A stretch of DNA of 64,000 bases, from the NCBI GenBank assembly GCA_004022145.1, contig RCNU01000011.1. The stretch is one strand, 5' to 3'. The notes under the pieces are model-generated. The model did no database searches. It saw only the letters and a program-made list of their open reading frames with translations, and was not told where the DNA came from. Source of the stretch: Paecilomyces variotii. Lineage: Eukaryota. Both the position numbers and the translations under genes were made by a program. This document shows positions 1 through 12,973 of this stretch, one piece after another (within the stretch, counting starts at the first letter, position 1; every line of letters begins with the position of its first letter).

Positions 1-881
1 CAAATGTTGACCATAATCCGAATGCTGTCTTGTCGGGGCTTAATGATCTGGATCATCTGCCAGAACCGCCCACTCCAGCCTGTTCCGATTTCCCTATCCT
101 TCACTTCTCACAAACAGACATTCGCCTCTTCCCTAGTCCATATTCACTATCTCCTACGGTGGTCTGCGGAAATCCACTCTGGCAACCTTTCACGCATCCT
201 ATCCTCACAATCCGTGCCTGTGACCGTTTCAACATGGTCAAGTACGTCCCCGAGCACGGTATCGTCGTTGCCGCTACGCAAAAGGGCCGCGCAGCAATCA
301 TCGCTCTTACTGAAGCACAAAACAAGGGCCTTGCATTCAAGATCAATTGGATTGTACCACTAGAGAGCCAGGAGAAATACGGGGAGCGTCCCCTCATTCC
401 ACTCCTTGGGATGGCAGTTGGTCCTGTTCAGGGATTCGAACTACCGCCTGATGTAGCCTACATCCCTCGACGAGTGGTCAACGAAGACGACATCACTTTC
501 CACTACAGATTTACTGATTCTCAGGAAGGAGACAGTTCAAATGCAGAATCAGGGCCTGATGATGGCGTTCATGACACAGCAAGCACCAATTCCAAAAAGA
601 ACATCCATCCATCAAGTATCAGCTCTGACGACAAAAATGCCACTCAAACATCAGAACATAGCGGCCCTAAGCCACTTACTCTCCCCGAATGTCACGCAAT
701 GGCATCTCGAATCTATCAACCCGACGAGAAATGGCGGGGCTGGAACCCTTCTCGTCGTTACCGCTTGCTGCTGACCTACGCCGATAACACAGTCATGAGT
801 TACGAATTCTGGTATGAATGGTCAGAGGCAGTGGTTGGCTCTGATTATGATGGTGATAGGGATGATTTTCTCTATCTTTAA
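1..881 (+). CDS. C-terminal part of a CRT10-like protein (gene begins upstream of the window)
   Basis: ORF 30..881 contains DRFNMVKYVPEHGIVVAATQKGRAAIIALT, PLLGMAVGPVQ and RRYRLLLTYADNTVMSYEF, which I recognise from fungal CRT10-family C-termini. Confidence 0.55.
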   Translation, partial: NVDHNPNAVLSGLNDLDHLPEPPTPACSDFPILHFSQTDIRLFPSPYSLSPTVVCGNPLWQPFTHPILTIRACDRFNMVKYVPEHGIVVAATQKGRAAIIALTEAQNKGLAFKINWIVPLESQEKYGERPLIPLLGMAVGPVQGFELPPDVAYIPRRVVNEDDITFHYRFTDSQEGDSSNAESGPDDGVHDTASTNSKKNIHPSSISSDDKNATQTSEHSGPKPLTLPECHAMASRIYQPDEKWRGWNPSRRYRLLLTYADNTVMSYEFWYEWSEAVVGSDYDGDRDDFLYL

Positions 882-1452
882 ATTAAATTAGGAACACTCG
901 ACATTCATATCCCCTGTATCGTTAATATGTTTCTTTTCGACACAGCATTGAAATTTCGCAGATGCCAGATCCATCTATGTCCTGCATAGGGAAGCTTTCG
1001 TTTCATTTCCGACTATTCCCTCGCGGGAAGAGTAATTAAAGGCCTAGTAACCTGCAACAGGAGTTTCAAGGATTGGAGCTGTCTCGTACGGAAGATGTAT
1101 GTATTGTCCAAGTGCTACAGAGTAACATGGCATAGCAAAATACAAGGATAATGGAGACGACAGCTATCTTCAAGAGGTAATACAAACCGAGTCATTTCGA
1201 ATAGGTGGGAATAAATGGTGAATGAATGAGAAAGGAAGTCTATGGTATGGTATCACTAATCGGCTGGAAAGAAAAAAAAAAAAGGAGAGGTAGTAAAAAA
1301 GACAAAATGCATATACGCTCGCTAATGTGAGACCACCAGGCCATGCGTAATCGAGTCCGTGTAGAAAGAAAATGCAAATGAAAGAGAATGATGCAAAAAC
1401 AGTTATTCCTCGTCCAATCGTCCCAAAATATAATCTGAAGGAGAAGACAGGC

Positions 1453-3381
1453 TCAGAAGTCCTCATCTAACTCATCGCTATCCCACTCGTCTTCCTGGTC
1501 ATTTCGGACCAGATCCAGGAATCGTTGGAGAGCCGGCCTTCCGGCCTGCTGGTCCTGGACTCGGCCATTTTGCGCGGCTCTCTGCGGCGGTCGAGGTGCA
1601 GCTTGTCGAGCAGCAGGACGATTTCGAACTTGAGCCATTGCTCGTGCTTGTGCCTGCCGCTCTGCAGCGGCAGCACGACCAGCAGCGTCTAGGCCATTCG
1701 CGTTACGAGCACGGTGGGCAGGGTCGACGGGTGGAATGACACGAGGTGGTGCGGGAGCCGGTGGAGGTGGCCGCATTTGACGATTGATAGCTTCATCGTC
1801 GCTCTCGCCATCAAACTCCCACGCGGGATTATCATCGCTAGTGTCGCTCTGGTCGTCGAATTCAAGCAGCTCGTCCGGTATTTGGTGGAGAGCTTCTGCT
1901 CCTTCGGGGTCGATACCATCGCCGCCTTCCAAGTCCCAAAGACGATTAAAGCACTTACTCTCCAAGTCGTTGAAGTGGCGATAAGGATTGTCTTCTGCAA
2001 GCCAGGCCGAGCAAAGGTAGCAGAAGTGAGTGTCGCACTTGAAGCATTTCATGTGGTTGCAGCCCATCAGCTTCTGACAAGGGGCGTTGCAAGTCGGGCA
2101 TGGTGAAGTGTACAACTTGAGATACTCCTCGGTGGCTTTCTCCTCTGCAGAAAGTTCTGCATCTCTTCGCGGGAAGCAGCGCACAAGCTCTCCGTGCCAG
2201 CCTTTCTTGCAGACACTACAGAATGCATAGTTGCAGTCCTCGCAGATAGCTACCCGGTCGGCCATAGGCGGCAGCTGAGATTCGTCTCCCAGAGGGTCAA
2301 AAGCCACTGCAACATCCTCTTCCTCATCCGAGCTACCGAAGTCGTCCGATATGGGGTCTGATGGTTTCGGATGTCGTTTCGATCGAGCAGCACCCTGGCA
2401 CCATTGACGTGGACAGTAGACAGTGGTCTTGTCGGCCTCGAGCTTCTTCTTGCGCTTCAGAAAGACGTATCTCTGGACTGTCTCCTGCTCTAGCGGAATC
2501 TGAAGGAGTTCGCTAGGACTCAGTGTGCGATTCTGCTTCTTGCGCTTCGTCCGAGACGAATCTGTCGGTTCCTCCTCACGAGGCCCGGGTCCCTTGCCGC
2601 AGTCAGGTGCAGGACAACGGACACTCTCGACATCTCCTTCCGTTATACAGGTATTATAGAAGTCTTGGAGACAAGGAACGCAGAAGACATGCGAACATTG
2701 TAATAACCGATAGCAAACAGTTCCCTTCTTGGGTTCAAGGCACACACCACATTCGAATGTCTCCTGCTCAAACTTTTCCCTTTTCGCCTTCATATCGTAA
2801 TCCAGAAGCGCAACTTTCAGGCTGCGGGGAAGCCGCACTTCACTCCCAGAAATCTCAGCAATGTCAAAGACGTTCTCCGCCAACTGCTGAAGATGATCGA
2901 TGTATGTATAGACAACCAGATCCCTGCCACCTTCTTCCCACAGCTTGCGTCCATCATCGATCAGTTTGCTTATATGCGACGAAGATAGCCATGGAGGATT
3001 GGTGAAGAGGTTGAATATAGGAGGATTTTCGGAAGGATAGCCTTCTGGAAGCTCAACCTCCAAGGTTACCGGCGGTAGGTGAGATAGATAGTGCACGTCA
3101 GCTATATTATCGCCGGAAAGGTCGATTACATCCTTGATGCGAGTGTCAAGGTCCGCGTCACTGGCTTCAAGGGACTTGGGTGGCGTCAGGATTGGAGCTG
3201 CAGGCCCGCCATCGGACACTTGCTGAAATCGAACCCGCAATGGCGAGGCAGGTGTCACGGGCAAGGCAAGGGATGCTTTCAGCGGAGTAGAAGGATCGAT
3301 ACTGATCTCCGGGTAGATAGCTTCGATGGAGGAGAGTTCGACTATCCGGTCATCTTCTGGGAAGGACATGGTCTCCGCCAT
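1453..3381 (-). CDS. itt1: RWD-domain RING-IBR-RING (RBR) E3 ubiquitin ligase, Itt1/RNF14-like
   Basis: Intronless 642-aa ORF. RWD: ELSSIEAIYP...LPEGYP. RING1: CGVCLE..CSHVFCVPC..CPAPDC. IBR: YCPRQWC..CEDCNYAFCSVCKKGWHG. RING2: CPTC..GCNHMKCFKCDTHFCYLC. Confidence 0.9.
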   Translation of the reverse strand: MAETMSFPEDDRIVELSSIEAIYPEISIDPSTPLKASLALPVTPASPLRVRFQQVSDGGPAAPILTPPKSLEASDADLDTRIKDVIDLSGDNIADVHYLSHLPPVTLEVELPEGYPSENPPIFNLFTNPPWLSSSHISKLIDDGRKLWEEGGRDLVVYTYIDHLQQLAENVFDIAEISGSEVRLPRSLKVALLDYDMKAKREKFEQETFECGVCLEPKKGTVCYRLLQCSHVFCVPCLQDFYNTCITEGDVESVRCPAPDCGKGPGPREEEPTDSSRTKRKKQNRTLSPSELLQIPLEQETVQRYVFLKRKKKLEADKTTVYCPRQWCQGAARSKRHPKPSDPISDDFGSSDEEEDVAVAFDPLGDESQLPPMADRVAICEDCNYAFCSVCKKGWHGELVRCFPRRDAELSAEEKATEEYLKLYTSPCPTCNAPCQKLMGCNHMKCFKCDTHFCYLCSAWLAEDNPYRHFNDLESKCFNRLWDLEGGDGIDPEGAEALHQIPDELLEFDDQSDTSDDNPAWEFDGESDDEAINRQMRPPPPAPAPPRVIPPVDPAHRARNANGLDAAGRAAAAERQAQARAMAQVRNRPAARQAAPRPPQRAAQNGRVQDQQAGRPALQRFLDLVRNDQEDEWDSDELDEDF

Positions 3382-4492
3382 CAGTGCGCACGAGATTCTC
3401 CCCGATCTCTCACGATGAATCGTCGGCGTTGAAGATAGCTATATGTCCCTAGTTTTTTTGAGAGTAGAGAGCGGTGGCGATGATCCGGTATAACCTAGCT
3501 CTTTGTTCTCGTAGGCCGGGCTGGTTCCTAGCACTCCAATGCAACCATATTATTGTTCCATCCCCCGACGGCGTCTGCAGCGACTGTCTCGAATCGATAA
3601 GATGTAGAAGAGAAGAGTGTCGTTGGTGAAAAAACAAAACCGTAGGGAACTTTTCGGCCTATATCGGCGTATTATACCTGGTAGAGAATAGCTGGCGCGA
3701 CCAATTGAATCGGAGCCGATATGCGGTAGAGTGGCGGCGGAGAGGATTGCGGGATGCCTATCGGTGTTGCGAGCAGCTGGTGGCCACAGCGATCATGGAG
3801 GTAAAGAGACCGCGTCGACAAAGGGCCTGTGAGAGCAGAGAACGTGGTTCCTGTCACGCTGTTATCGTCCAGTAGCCACTGGATAAGATGGATCTGTAGA
3901 AAATTGTAACTGGCAACTGGGGATTGAAGCGTAGAGATAGTGCGTCATGATTTGATGGTCGTGCTGCCTGCTGCTGCGGATGACTCCGTCAGATTGAAGA
4001 TGAAAACGGAGGAGAGACGGCTAAAGAACATTAGAAAGAGAGAAACGACATGAGGATGAAGAGCTGTGAGAATAATGAATTAACGGGCATCAAACTGTGC
4101 CTGACTGGATTCCATTTCGCCTCTTCCGTCTTCCCCTCCCCCTCCTTTCGCCTGCCGGCTGCTTTTGCGGAGAATCCTCGGGTGTAAAAGCAGCGGTCTC
4201 TGCACGGACTCGAACCAGCTTTCCAGCTTCAACTATCTATCTGGGGTTGCGCAGCAAATTGTTCATACCATTCCTTTCGCATCACGGTACCGATATATAG
4301 TGCTGGTGATCTTCATCCATCTGCACTGGCTGTGATCTGTGGTGCAGGATGTTATTTGACCGTTCTTGATCGCCCTGTCTCCTCGACGCGTCCGCGCATC
4401 CAACAACTACTCCGGTCGAAAGCCATTATTGTTTCCTTGCCCTTCTTTTATGATTTGTATGCTTTAGACCTGTCTATCTTGGAGTCCTCACA

Positions 4493-5315
4493 ATGGAGGG
4501 ACCGCGGTTGGCCTCGTTATCCCTGACTCATGTACATTATGTGAGTTATCTTGTCGCTCTGGGGAGAGCCGCGTTCGACGTGTTCATTGCTGATCCAGCG
4601 CTAATAGAACCCTGATGACCCCGTTTCCTTCGTTTCGGCCTGGCTCGCCTTAGTTCCGCAGGCTTTATGTGTCGCCTACGTCACTCTTATCTGGGCATCG
4701 AGGGAGGTGGAGGTGATTCTCATGTTCGCGGGGCAGATGGGCTGCGAGGCATTGAACTTTGTCCTCAAGAGGCTGATCAAGGAGGAGCGCCCGAAGCGTA
4801 TGTGACACCCATGTCTGCGGGATCTCGTAGCTAACACGCAGACGACAACAGAGATGTACGGCAAGGGATATGGCATGCCCTCATCCCATTCACAGTTTGT
4901 CAGCTACTTCGCGGTCTCTCTCATCCTTTTCCTCCTCTTCAGACACCTCCCGACCCCGTCGAGCACCTCCGCTTCGCGCAGTTACACAGAACGACTGATC
5001 ATCTCCGTACTCGCATGTATCGGTGCGACTAGCGTCTCTGTGAGTCGGATATACCTCAACTACCACACCCCTAAGCAGGTCTTGGCGGGATGCGCTGCAG
5101 GTGTCGTCTATGCCATCTTTTGGTACTGTTTCACAGCATATTTGCGACACGCAGGATGGGTCGATTGGGCACTTGACACAGAGCTGGCTGGACTTCTACG
5201 CCTTCGCGATCTGGTGGTGAGTGAAGACCTTATTGAGGTCGGCTGGCGACAATGGGAAGCGAAACGGAAGCTGAAGCGACGAGATAATAGTGATTCGTCG
5301 CGTAAGACCGAATAG
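4493..5315 (+). CDS. cax4: Dolichyl pyrophosphate phosphatase (PAP2 family), 3 exons
   Basis: ATG at 4493; introns about 4541-4607 and 4798-4851. Spliced protein has SLTHVHY, KRLIKEERP, GYGMPSSHSQF and SRIYLNYHTPKQV (PAP2 motifs). Confidence 0.88.
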
Positions 5316-5878
5316 TTTGCAATGTTATAGTGAGGCACAGCCCTTCTCAGGTGGATTGGGAACATCTCTTGTTGGCCGTAGTCAAAATATTAAAGTTAAT
5401 AATATACCTTCTGCTTTGACCTCCGGATGTAGTATGCCATTGATTCTACTCTATATTTTACAGCTTTACCATACAGCTAGTGACCTTGCATCTTCGTGTA
5501 CTGCGTACCGGCGTGGCTCTGTATTTCTGTCTTCTAGTTGGAGATCTAGACTCTCGCCCTGACCCTAAGCCCTTCTTTCCTGATTGGGTTGCAGATATTC
5601 TAGAAACTCGATCATGTGATCTGGGGGAACGGAGAATCAACTTCTCCGGAATGCCGTGATATCACAAACGCTCCCCAACAACATACATCCAGACCGCCAG
5701 TGACATGGCTTCTCCACTATGAAATGAATGATGAATACCGTATGTCCGTTTCATTTCGAAATATGTCAATTTTCATGATTTTGCAGTTGGGCTGAGATAC
5801 CCTTGATGTTATTCACGAGACACATCTGATATTGTTTCCCACTACCTCCAGAAACGGAGGTCTGCCCATAAGTTTAAG

Positions 5879-8800
5879 ATGGATACTTCATCCGTGCCTG
5901 GAGATGAGGATGTCTCCGGACATCACTTTGTCAAAGCCGATGAGGTTGACCAGACGGGGACCGACATATCCCCGGTCTCTGACGACCAACTAATGGCCGA
6001 GGTGGCTGAAGGTCTCAAAGAAGAAGCTTCCCAAGTACTCAAGGACCAAACAGAGAGCGGGTCTTCACCTGGGAATGTCCAAACGGCACCAGCCTCGCGC
6101 CCTGAGTTGCGTCGTGATTCCGCGGCTCCTCCACCTCCGCTGCAGCCACCACCACCGGCACCCGTCCAGCAAAGCAGGGAGGAACGTACAGACTCTCTGA
6201 GTCTGGGCCAGTTGAGGCGTATTGTGCAGGAGCTGCCGAAGATTGAACAGCCCGCATATGCTTTCAAATATGCGGACTCTCAGCCGTTCCCAGATGAACT
6301 GGACGAGTGGTTTCAATATAGTGAGCCCGACCGAATCATGCTCCTGGGAACAAAAGTGTCTTTCGAGTATAACTGGAAGTCTTTTTGTGCACGCAACTGT
6401 TCATCGCCAGGGGAAATCTCCTGGTTATCTGCCAGTCGCGATCTTCGCAAATCTTTCATAAAGCAGATGCTCGATGGCTTTCACAATTCTGATCTATTTG
6501 CCCGCATTGAATCTCTGGAGGCCGTCTGCTACGCCATGCTAGGGGTATGGGGACTCACGGCCGGAAGAGTCGCAGATGATTATCCTGAGGAGCCTACTCC
6601 CCATGAAGCTGCTGAAACACCGAGAACGAAGTCAATGCAAATCAAATGGGTCGAAGAAAACGTTCTGCTCGTTGAAGAATGCAATGGTATACCTGCTCTA
6701 TATGAGTACATGAGAAAGGTCTTTGACAAGGATAAGACCTCCACTCTTGGTGTTGATGTCAATGATGTGGACAATGAGAACAGCACATCAGCGTACTTTG
6801 CTGCTCAGGAACGTGAGAGCAACCTAGTCCTCACGGCGCTTTATCTTGTCGTTGAGGTAGGTCGCCGGCTAGAAATTTCCAATCCACAGCAGACAACCCT
6901 ACGAAAAGCCATCGCAGACTTGACACCAAATCTCCTGGTTTTTCTGGTTGAGATTATTTCCCGGTTACGATGGGATGATTCAATGAGTATCCCTCTTACA
7001 AGGACAATTCTTCTGTTCTGGAAGTCCTTACTACTTCTCTTTGGCGGCAGCCAGAGCTTGGAGAGAGCGAAAGAAGTCCTAGAACCACCGCTGGACGCAG
7101 CGAATGATGGGTCACATTTGCCTTTTCTTACCGCTTCTCCTCTCGACTATCACTCCTTCCGTCAGGAGATTACTTCTAAGTATCCGGCCTATAACCCGCC
7201 ACCTCCTGTCATCCCCTTTGAGTTGGACAACAATTCTATTCTGCCACCGTTACCACAACATCCAAGCAGGATAGGCTCCTCTAGCAGTCTCTTTTCCGGT
7301 GTCGGTCCATCGACCGCAGGTGGAAACGGATCCATCCTGCACCAATCTGTTCATATCGCTACGCCCGCCCCATCCCCTCCACCTTCTCCTGCTGGCCCGG
7401 GAGGAAAGGGGGCGAAGAAGCAGAACTACCAAACGAACCAGAATTTTCCATTCATGTATCCTCCTCTGGATGACACTAGTAACAATATTGGTGGAAAAGG
7501 CACAAGTGATTTGCAGGATCAATTGGTGGGTAAAAGATGGGAAGGGAGCGATGTGCCCGCCTCAATCATTGAAGCTGGAAAGCTCTTCTCCAGTCACGTG
7601 AAAATGACGAGAGCAATGAAACAGCTTTGGGAAGAGCGAGAGCGTTTCATGACATACGATCGTGGTTGGAACGCAGACGATTCTGCCGGATTGCCTGATC
7701 CTCAGTTAGAAGACGAACCGGATGAATTCTCGCTGGACCCCCAGGAGAAAAAAGAGAAGGCTACTTCACCTGTTCAGCAATACGTGAGAGAAACGGATGA
7801 TGAGGACGTGCAGAGGCGGCTTGACGCTGTCGAAACGTTCTACGTTAGTCATTCCCAGGTCATTAAATCTCAACAACGCTGACATGCCTTTAGAAGCAAG
7901 CCATGCCCCACTTGCAGTCTGTTGTCATAGTTTTCTTAAAGGTCATTTTGACGAATGTCAGTGCCATGGTGAACCAAGCCAATGGCCAGAACGCGTATGT
8001 TCTCCTACCCTATCTGTGATCGGTCACGTGCTAATATGGCAAGCAATGGCTACAGGTTCCCGTCCGGACAGAATGGTCTATCGTCAGAGCTTGACTCTGA
8101 CGCTGCAATCGAAGAACTCGACAACATTAGACTACGTGAGATCACTGGAAAGGGTGTCTCTGGATCTCTTTTGTTGATGCTGAAGTGGTTCAAAAGATCT
8201 CGTAAGTCGTAACAAGTGTTATTACTTCCATGACTCTGACTTGTTATAGACATTCTGAAATTCGAGTACATGACGCAGTTACTGCTCGATTCAAACTATC
8301 TACCTCTCATACTGAAGATGTTTGCTCATCAGGATGTGGACCAGGCTGTTGCGCAGCCAAACGACCGAGAAGACCTGAGGTACGTATGCATTATGGGATA
8401 CTCCGTCTAATATACTAATCGCCAATAGCTTCTTCCACTTCTGCCATGTCCACTCGGATCAGCCACCGGAGCATCCGCCGTCTTCGGATGCTGAGTCTTC
8501 TCACAGTGAAGATGAAGCCGTGCCTCCTCCTATTCGCCGCCAACCTGTCTTACAGAGCTTCCAAGGCAGCTCTTCCGTGCGTGGCCCATCTCCGGAGAAG
8601 TTTTCTGAGGTTCCAGAGGGTCCTACGCGACCCGAAGTTGACGAACTCGGCTATCCGACGGCACCCCTTCCGAAGGAGCCCATCACGACATACTCGTTCC
8701 GTAACTTCTTTTCTTCCATAAACTATCTACATATCATGCAAAAGATCACGAGAGATAAGGCGCACAGGTGCCTACTACTTGTCCAGTACAAATCCAGCAC

Positions 8801-9263
8801 GATTCTCCGCAAAGGGCTAAAGATCCCAGACCCCCATCTTCGCCTTTATACCCTCAAGCTTTTCAAGTCACAGGTCCCATACTGTGGCAGGAAATGGCGC
8901 CAGAGCAATATGCGCGTCATCACTGCCATTTATCTCTACTGTCGCCCGGATCTACGAGATGACTGGCTGGCAGGCTCTGATATTGATGCAGAGGTCGAGG
9001 ATGCGCTACCCCTCGAACAAGCCTTGCGTGGTCTTACGCATTGGTGGCATCTGCGACGATATAAGGATGTTATGGGTGGCGATGAGGGCGCATCTATTAT
9101 GGATGAGGAAAGAGACTTCTTCGTCCGCGAGCTGGAAGCAATGGGATGGGGCCTTATGGGAGACGAGATGCTCAACAGTATGACAGATGAAGGAAGCATG
9201 CCTGGTCCTGGGATCAACGGGACAGAATGGGATGGAGTTCCGTTACAAATGGAAAGCTGGTAA
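5879..9263 (+). CDS. far11: STRIPAK component Far11/HAM-2/PRO22 (STRIP1/2 family), 5 exons
   Basis: ORFs 5879..7882 and 8520..9263 are joined by short GT-AG introns. Motifs: FRQEITSKYPAY, VPASIIEAGKLF, LVQYKSSTILRK, KLFKSQVPYCGRKWRQSNMRVITAIYLYCRPDLRDDWL. Confidence 0.9.
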
Positions 9264-10188
9264 GGCCTCGGCTGTGAATGCCCATCGCGGCGTTCGTATA
9301 ATTTTCGAATTTTCACCATAATACCTACCGCATGTACAGCGATTCTTCATTCGAGCCTACGTGGAAGTGTGAGCTGGTCTGAATCTTTGATCGTGAAATG
9401 TATTATGATGAAGAACTATTGAGACAAGCGGTCTTCCTCTGGCATGGGATGCCTATTCCAACCGAATTATAGAGTTATTTTTGGAACGCTACTGGACGTG
9501 ATCAGATTTGAGACTAGTACAGTGGTCTAATTGTTACATTTCGTGTTTCTGTCCCTATAGACCTGACCTAAGAGTTCGTCTGTACGCTAGTTAGTCCCGA
9601 AGTAAATCTGGAATGGAACGATATCGGGATGCCATTACCAGGGCATCTTGGCCCCAAGGTCGTGGAAAACTTGAGCTCAGTATGCTTTTACTTTCACTTT
9701 GCTGGTAGCATTTACTTCAGGAGTATCGCGGATACTTACGACTGCTAATAAATTTTGAGTATCTAACTAACCACAAGTGCAGAAATGAAGAGTAGTATGC
9801 AATCCAAGTTTCAATGTATCAATCCAATATACTCCGTATAATGCAATAAGTATCACGACCAACAAACAGATCTATATGCACCAAGACTGACAAAAATGCG
9901 TTGATGAAATGCTGGAACCTATCTCTGTGAAAGACGCGACCCGAGAATGTATGGGGGCAATGATGAGTGCAATACCTAGATTCTCGTAATTGAGCGTGTC
10001 GGGCATTATAGAAGTCTTTGCTGCCGCCACACTCTGCGCGCAATTAATCCGGCCTCTCCAGCCGTGATCGTAACGTTCTGTTCTAGAAGCCAGGAAATAA
10101 GAAATCATTGCAAAATCATCCAATGGAAACAACGACAGTAGCAGCGAAGTATAGTAGCAAGGAAAAGAGAAATAGTCCATCGCCCACA

Positions 10189-11074
10189 TCACTGAGGACG
10201 TCCCAACTGTCCACCCGGACTACCAGATCCACCAGGAGACTGCTGCGTCGCTGGCGCTGCTGGATTCTGCATAGTCAGGCGCTGATTCTGCCGACGCGCA
10301 TTTACAGCATTTCTCAAATTATGCCTAACATGCTCGACCAACGCTCCAAGACCCGTATTCGACGGTGCGTCTGCCCAGTATCCTTCAGCACAAGCTCTCG
10401 TTTCGGCATGTTGCAGGAGATCGCACATGCGGTTAAAAGGACGATGGCAGACGCGACAGTCGAATGGATTGTTGAAGGCGATTCGGTTGGAATTTAGGAA
10501 CTCCACCGTTAGTGTCCGGACGTCTTCGCGAGTTACGCCCTCAGTGCATTTGCCGGATTCGATGTGGCTGAATGTAGAGGAGAGGGTTGGGAAATCGCGG
10601 CCGCATAGGATGCAGAGTGCACTGCGTGGACGGTGTGTGGAAATGGCATGCTGGTGGAGAGAGAATTGGTAAGTAGTTAGCTTGACCAACTTATGCATGT
10701 AGAGCAATGACTACACTCTATTCTAATGAATAGGAGCAAGAATGAATTGAATAACTCACCCCGTTCAATTCGTGGATATTAACAAAGTACCGATTGCATA
10801 TACTACACATATAGTGTCTGGAAATATTATGCTGTATAAGACCGGTCTTAGATGGCGCGAACCAGTTGCAGACTTCGCAGTATAAATGGTCGTTTTCGAG
10901 ATGATCCTGGAGCTGGTTAAAAGTTTCAAAATCCTTCCTAATCTGCGTGCAGAGATGGCATATATTGTGGTCGATTGATTCGTGGAAGTGGCGGTTGATG
11001 GCATCTGCCGATGGGAATAGTAGACGGCATCGGCGGCATGGGAACCCGGAAGGCTGGCTGCGGTGCGACGACAT
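10189..11074 (-). CDS. Multi-C2H2 zinc-finger protein, 2 exons
   Basis: Exon 1 is 11074-10760; intron GTGAGT..CTAAC..CAG spans 10759-10651; exon 2 runs to 10189. About six CxxC..H fingers, including CRRC..HFHESIDH, CILC..HIESGKC and CRVC..QHAETRAC. Confidence 0.75.
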
Positions 11075-11942
11075 TTTATATGGGTCTTGTTTAGGGGCTA
11101 TTGTTTTCTGCTTGTTCTGAGGTGTATATTGGATCTGAGAAGTGGAAGTAGGTAAATCTGCAACTGATATATAGTAAAATAGGGCAATAATGTAGTAGTG
11201 ACTTGTCTTGTAGTGAAATAGGTACTATTTGCAATGAGAGCGATGATGATGAGGGAAGAGAACTCCATACTGGATCAGTTGATTTATTTATATCCCATTA
11301 AAAATACAGAGGATATGGCAATACTGAAGACGTGAAGAAAATACGCCCCAGCTATGAGGGTATTGAATAAAGAAGATAAAGGAAACAATATACTGCCTTT
11401 TTGGACGGGAGATTTCCAATGAAATCGTATAACGAAGCTCTTTGAAAAGTGTATAAACAGATTCGTGATAAAGAAGACATCATAAAGCATCTATAAAGCA
11501 AATTGTCGCGGGAAAGATAATTATAGCAACAGAGTTGAATAGAATTGTTACCTAGAAAAGCTTGAAAGATTTGTATACAATGCAGAAAGCCTTTATAGGG
11601 CTTCATCATGGAAACTGTGAGCTGTATTTAGGACAGTAACAGTGATTAGAGTGCGGATTTTCACTGCACTATTGAATTAATCCACCCTATTTATTTGTGC
11701 AAAAACAAAATCTCGCCAATTAATGTACTACAACAAGGACCAAAATGCTGCACTCTAGATTATGTTTCCTGAAAGCTGATTAGATGAGCGATAAGATGGG
11801 GCTATCGATAAGGGTCACGTGATGGTGTTCCCGCAGCAACTTTTTTTCTGCAACACCGAATGGGCATCTCGACTTGTGGCACAACCCATCCATCTACGCC
11901 CATCAGATCTCCAGACCCTGTTACGGGTCTCATTGATGCAAG

Positions 11943-12973
11943 ATGTCCTCCGATGAGATTGTCTGGCAGGTCATCAACCAGCAGTTTTGTTCTTTCAAGC
12001 TAAAGTAGGTCTTAGAACTTTTTTCCTGCAAATTTCTTTGTCGATGCTAACATGGAATCTGCCGCACAGGACCACGAAAGGACAAAACTTTTGCCGCAAT
12101 GAGCATAATGTTACTGGTCTCTGTAATCGCCAGTCTTGCCCGCTGGCAAATTCCCGCTATGCGACCGTCCGGTCTGATCCTGAAACCGGCGCAATGTATC
12201 TTTACATGAAGACAATCGAACGAGCACACATGCCCAGCAAGTGGTGGGAGCGCATACGACTATCTTCCAACTACGCCAAGGCCCTGGAACAGCTTGATGA
12301 GCGACTGATCTACTGGCCGAAGTTCCTGATCCACAAGTGCAAGCAGCGTCTTACCCGACTGACGCAGGTTTCCATCCGCATGAAGAAGCTCGCGAAGGAG
12401 GAAGAGCGTCTTGGAGAGAGAATCGTGCCGAAACTTGCCCCTAAGATTCGGAGGAGGGAAGACACGAGAGAGCGAAAGGCCGAAGCAGCTGCTAAGGTCG
12501 AGCGTGCCATCGAGCGCGAGCTGATTGAGCGTCTGAGAAGCGGCGCGTACGGCGATCGTCCACTGAACGTCGAAGAGAACATCTGGAAAAAGGTTCTCCG
12601 TGGCCTCGAACGTGAGGGTGAGGGCGAGAGAGATGAAGATCTTGATGAGGGTGAGGAGTATGACGAGGAAGAGGAGGGCGTTGGAGAGGTGGAGTATGTC
12701 AGTGACCTCGACGAGGATGAGGAGGACCTCGAGGATATTGAAGACTGGATTGGCGGAGACTCTGCGGATTCCAGCGACGACTATGATGAGGAGGAGAGTG
12801 ATGAGAGCGATGAGGGCAGTGACGACGACAGCGAGGGCAGCGAGGCTCGGAAACCTGCCCCTGGCTCCAAGCGGAAGCGTGCTGCTCCTCCGCCCAAGCC
12901 AAGAAAGAAGGGTGCCCGGATCGAGATCGAGTACGAGACGGAGGGTCCCGCAAGAGACAGTGTTCTCGCATAA
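11943..12973 (+). CDS. mak16: 60S ribosome biogenesis protein Mak16, 2 exons
   Basis: ATG at 11943 ([19 protein letters not shown]); intron about 12005-12069; then [27 protein letters not shown] and an acidic tail ending IEIEYE. Confidence 0.95.
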
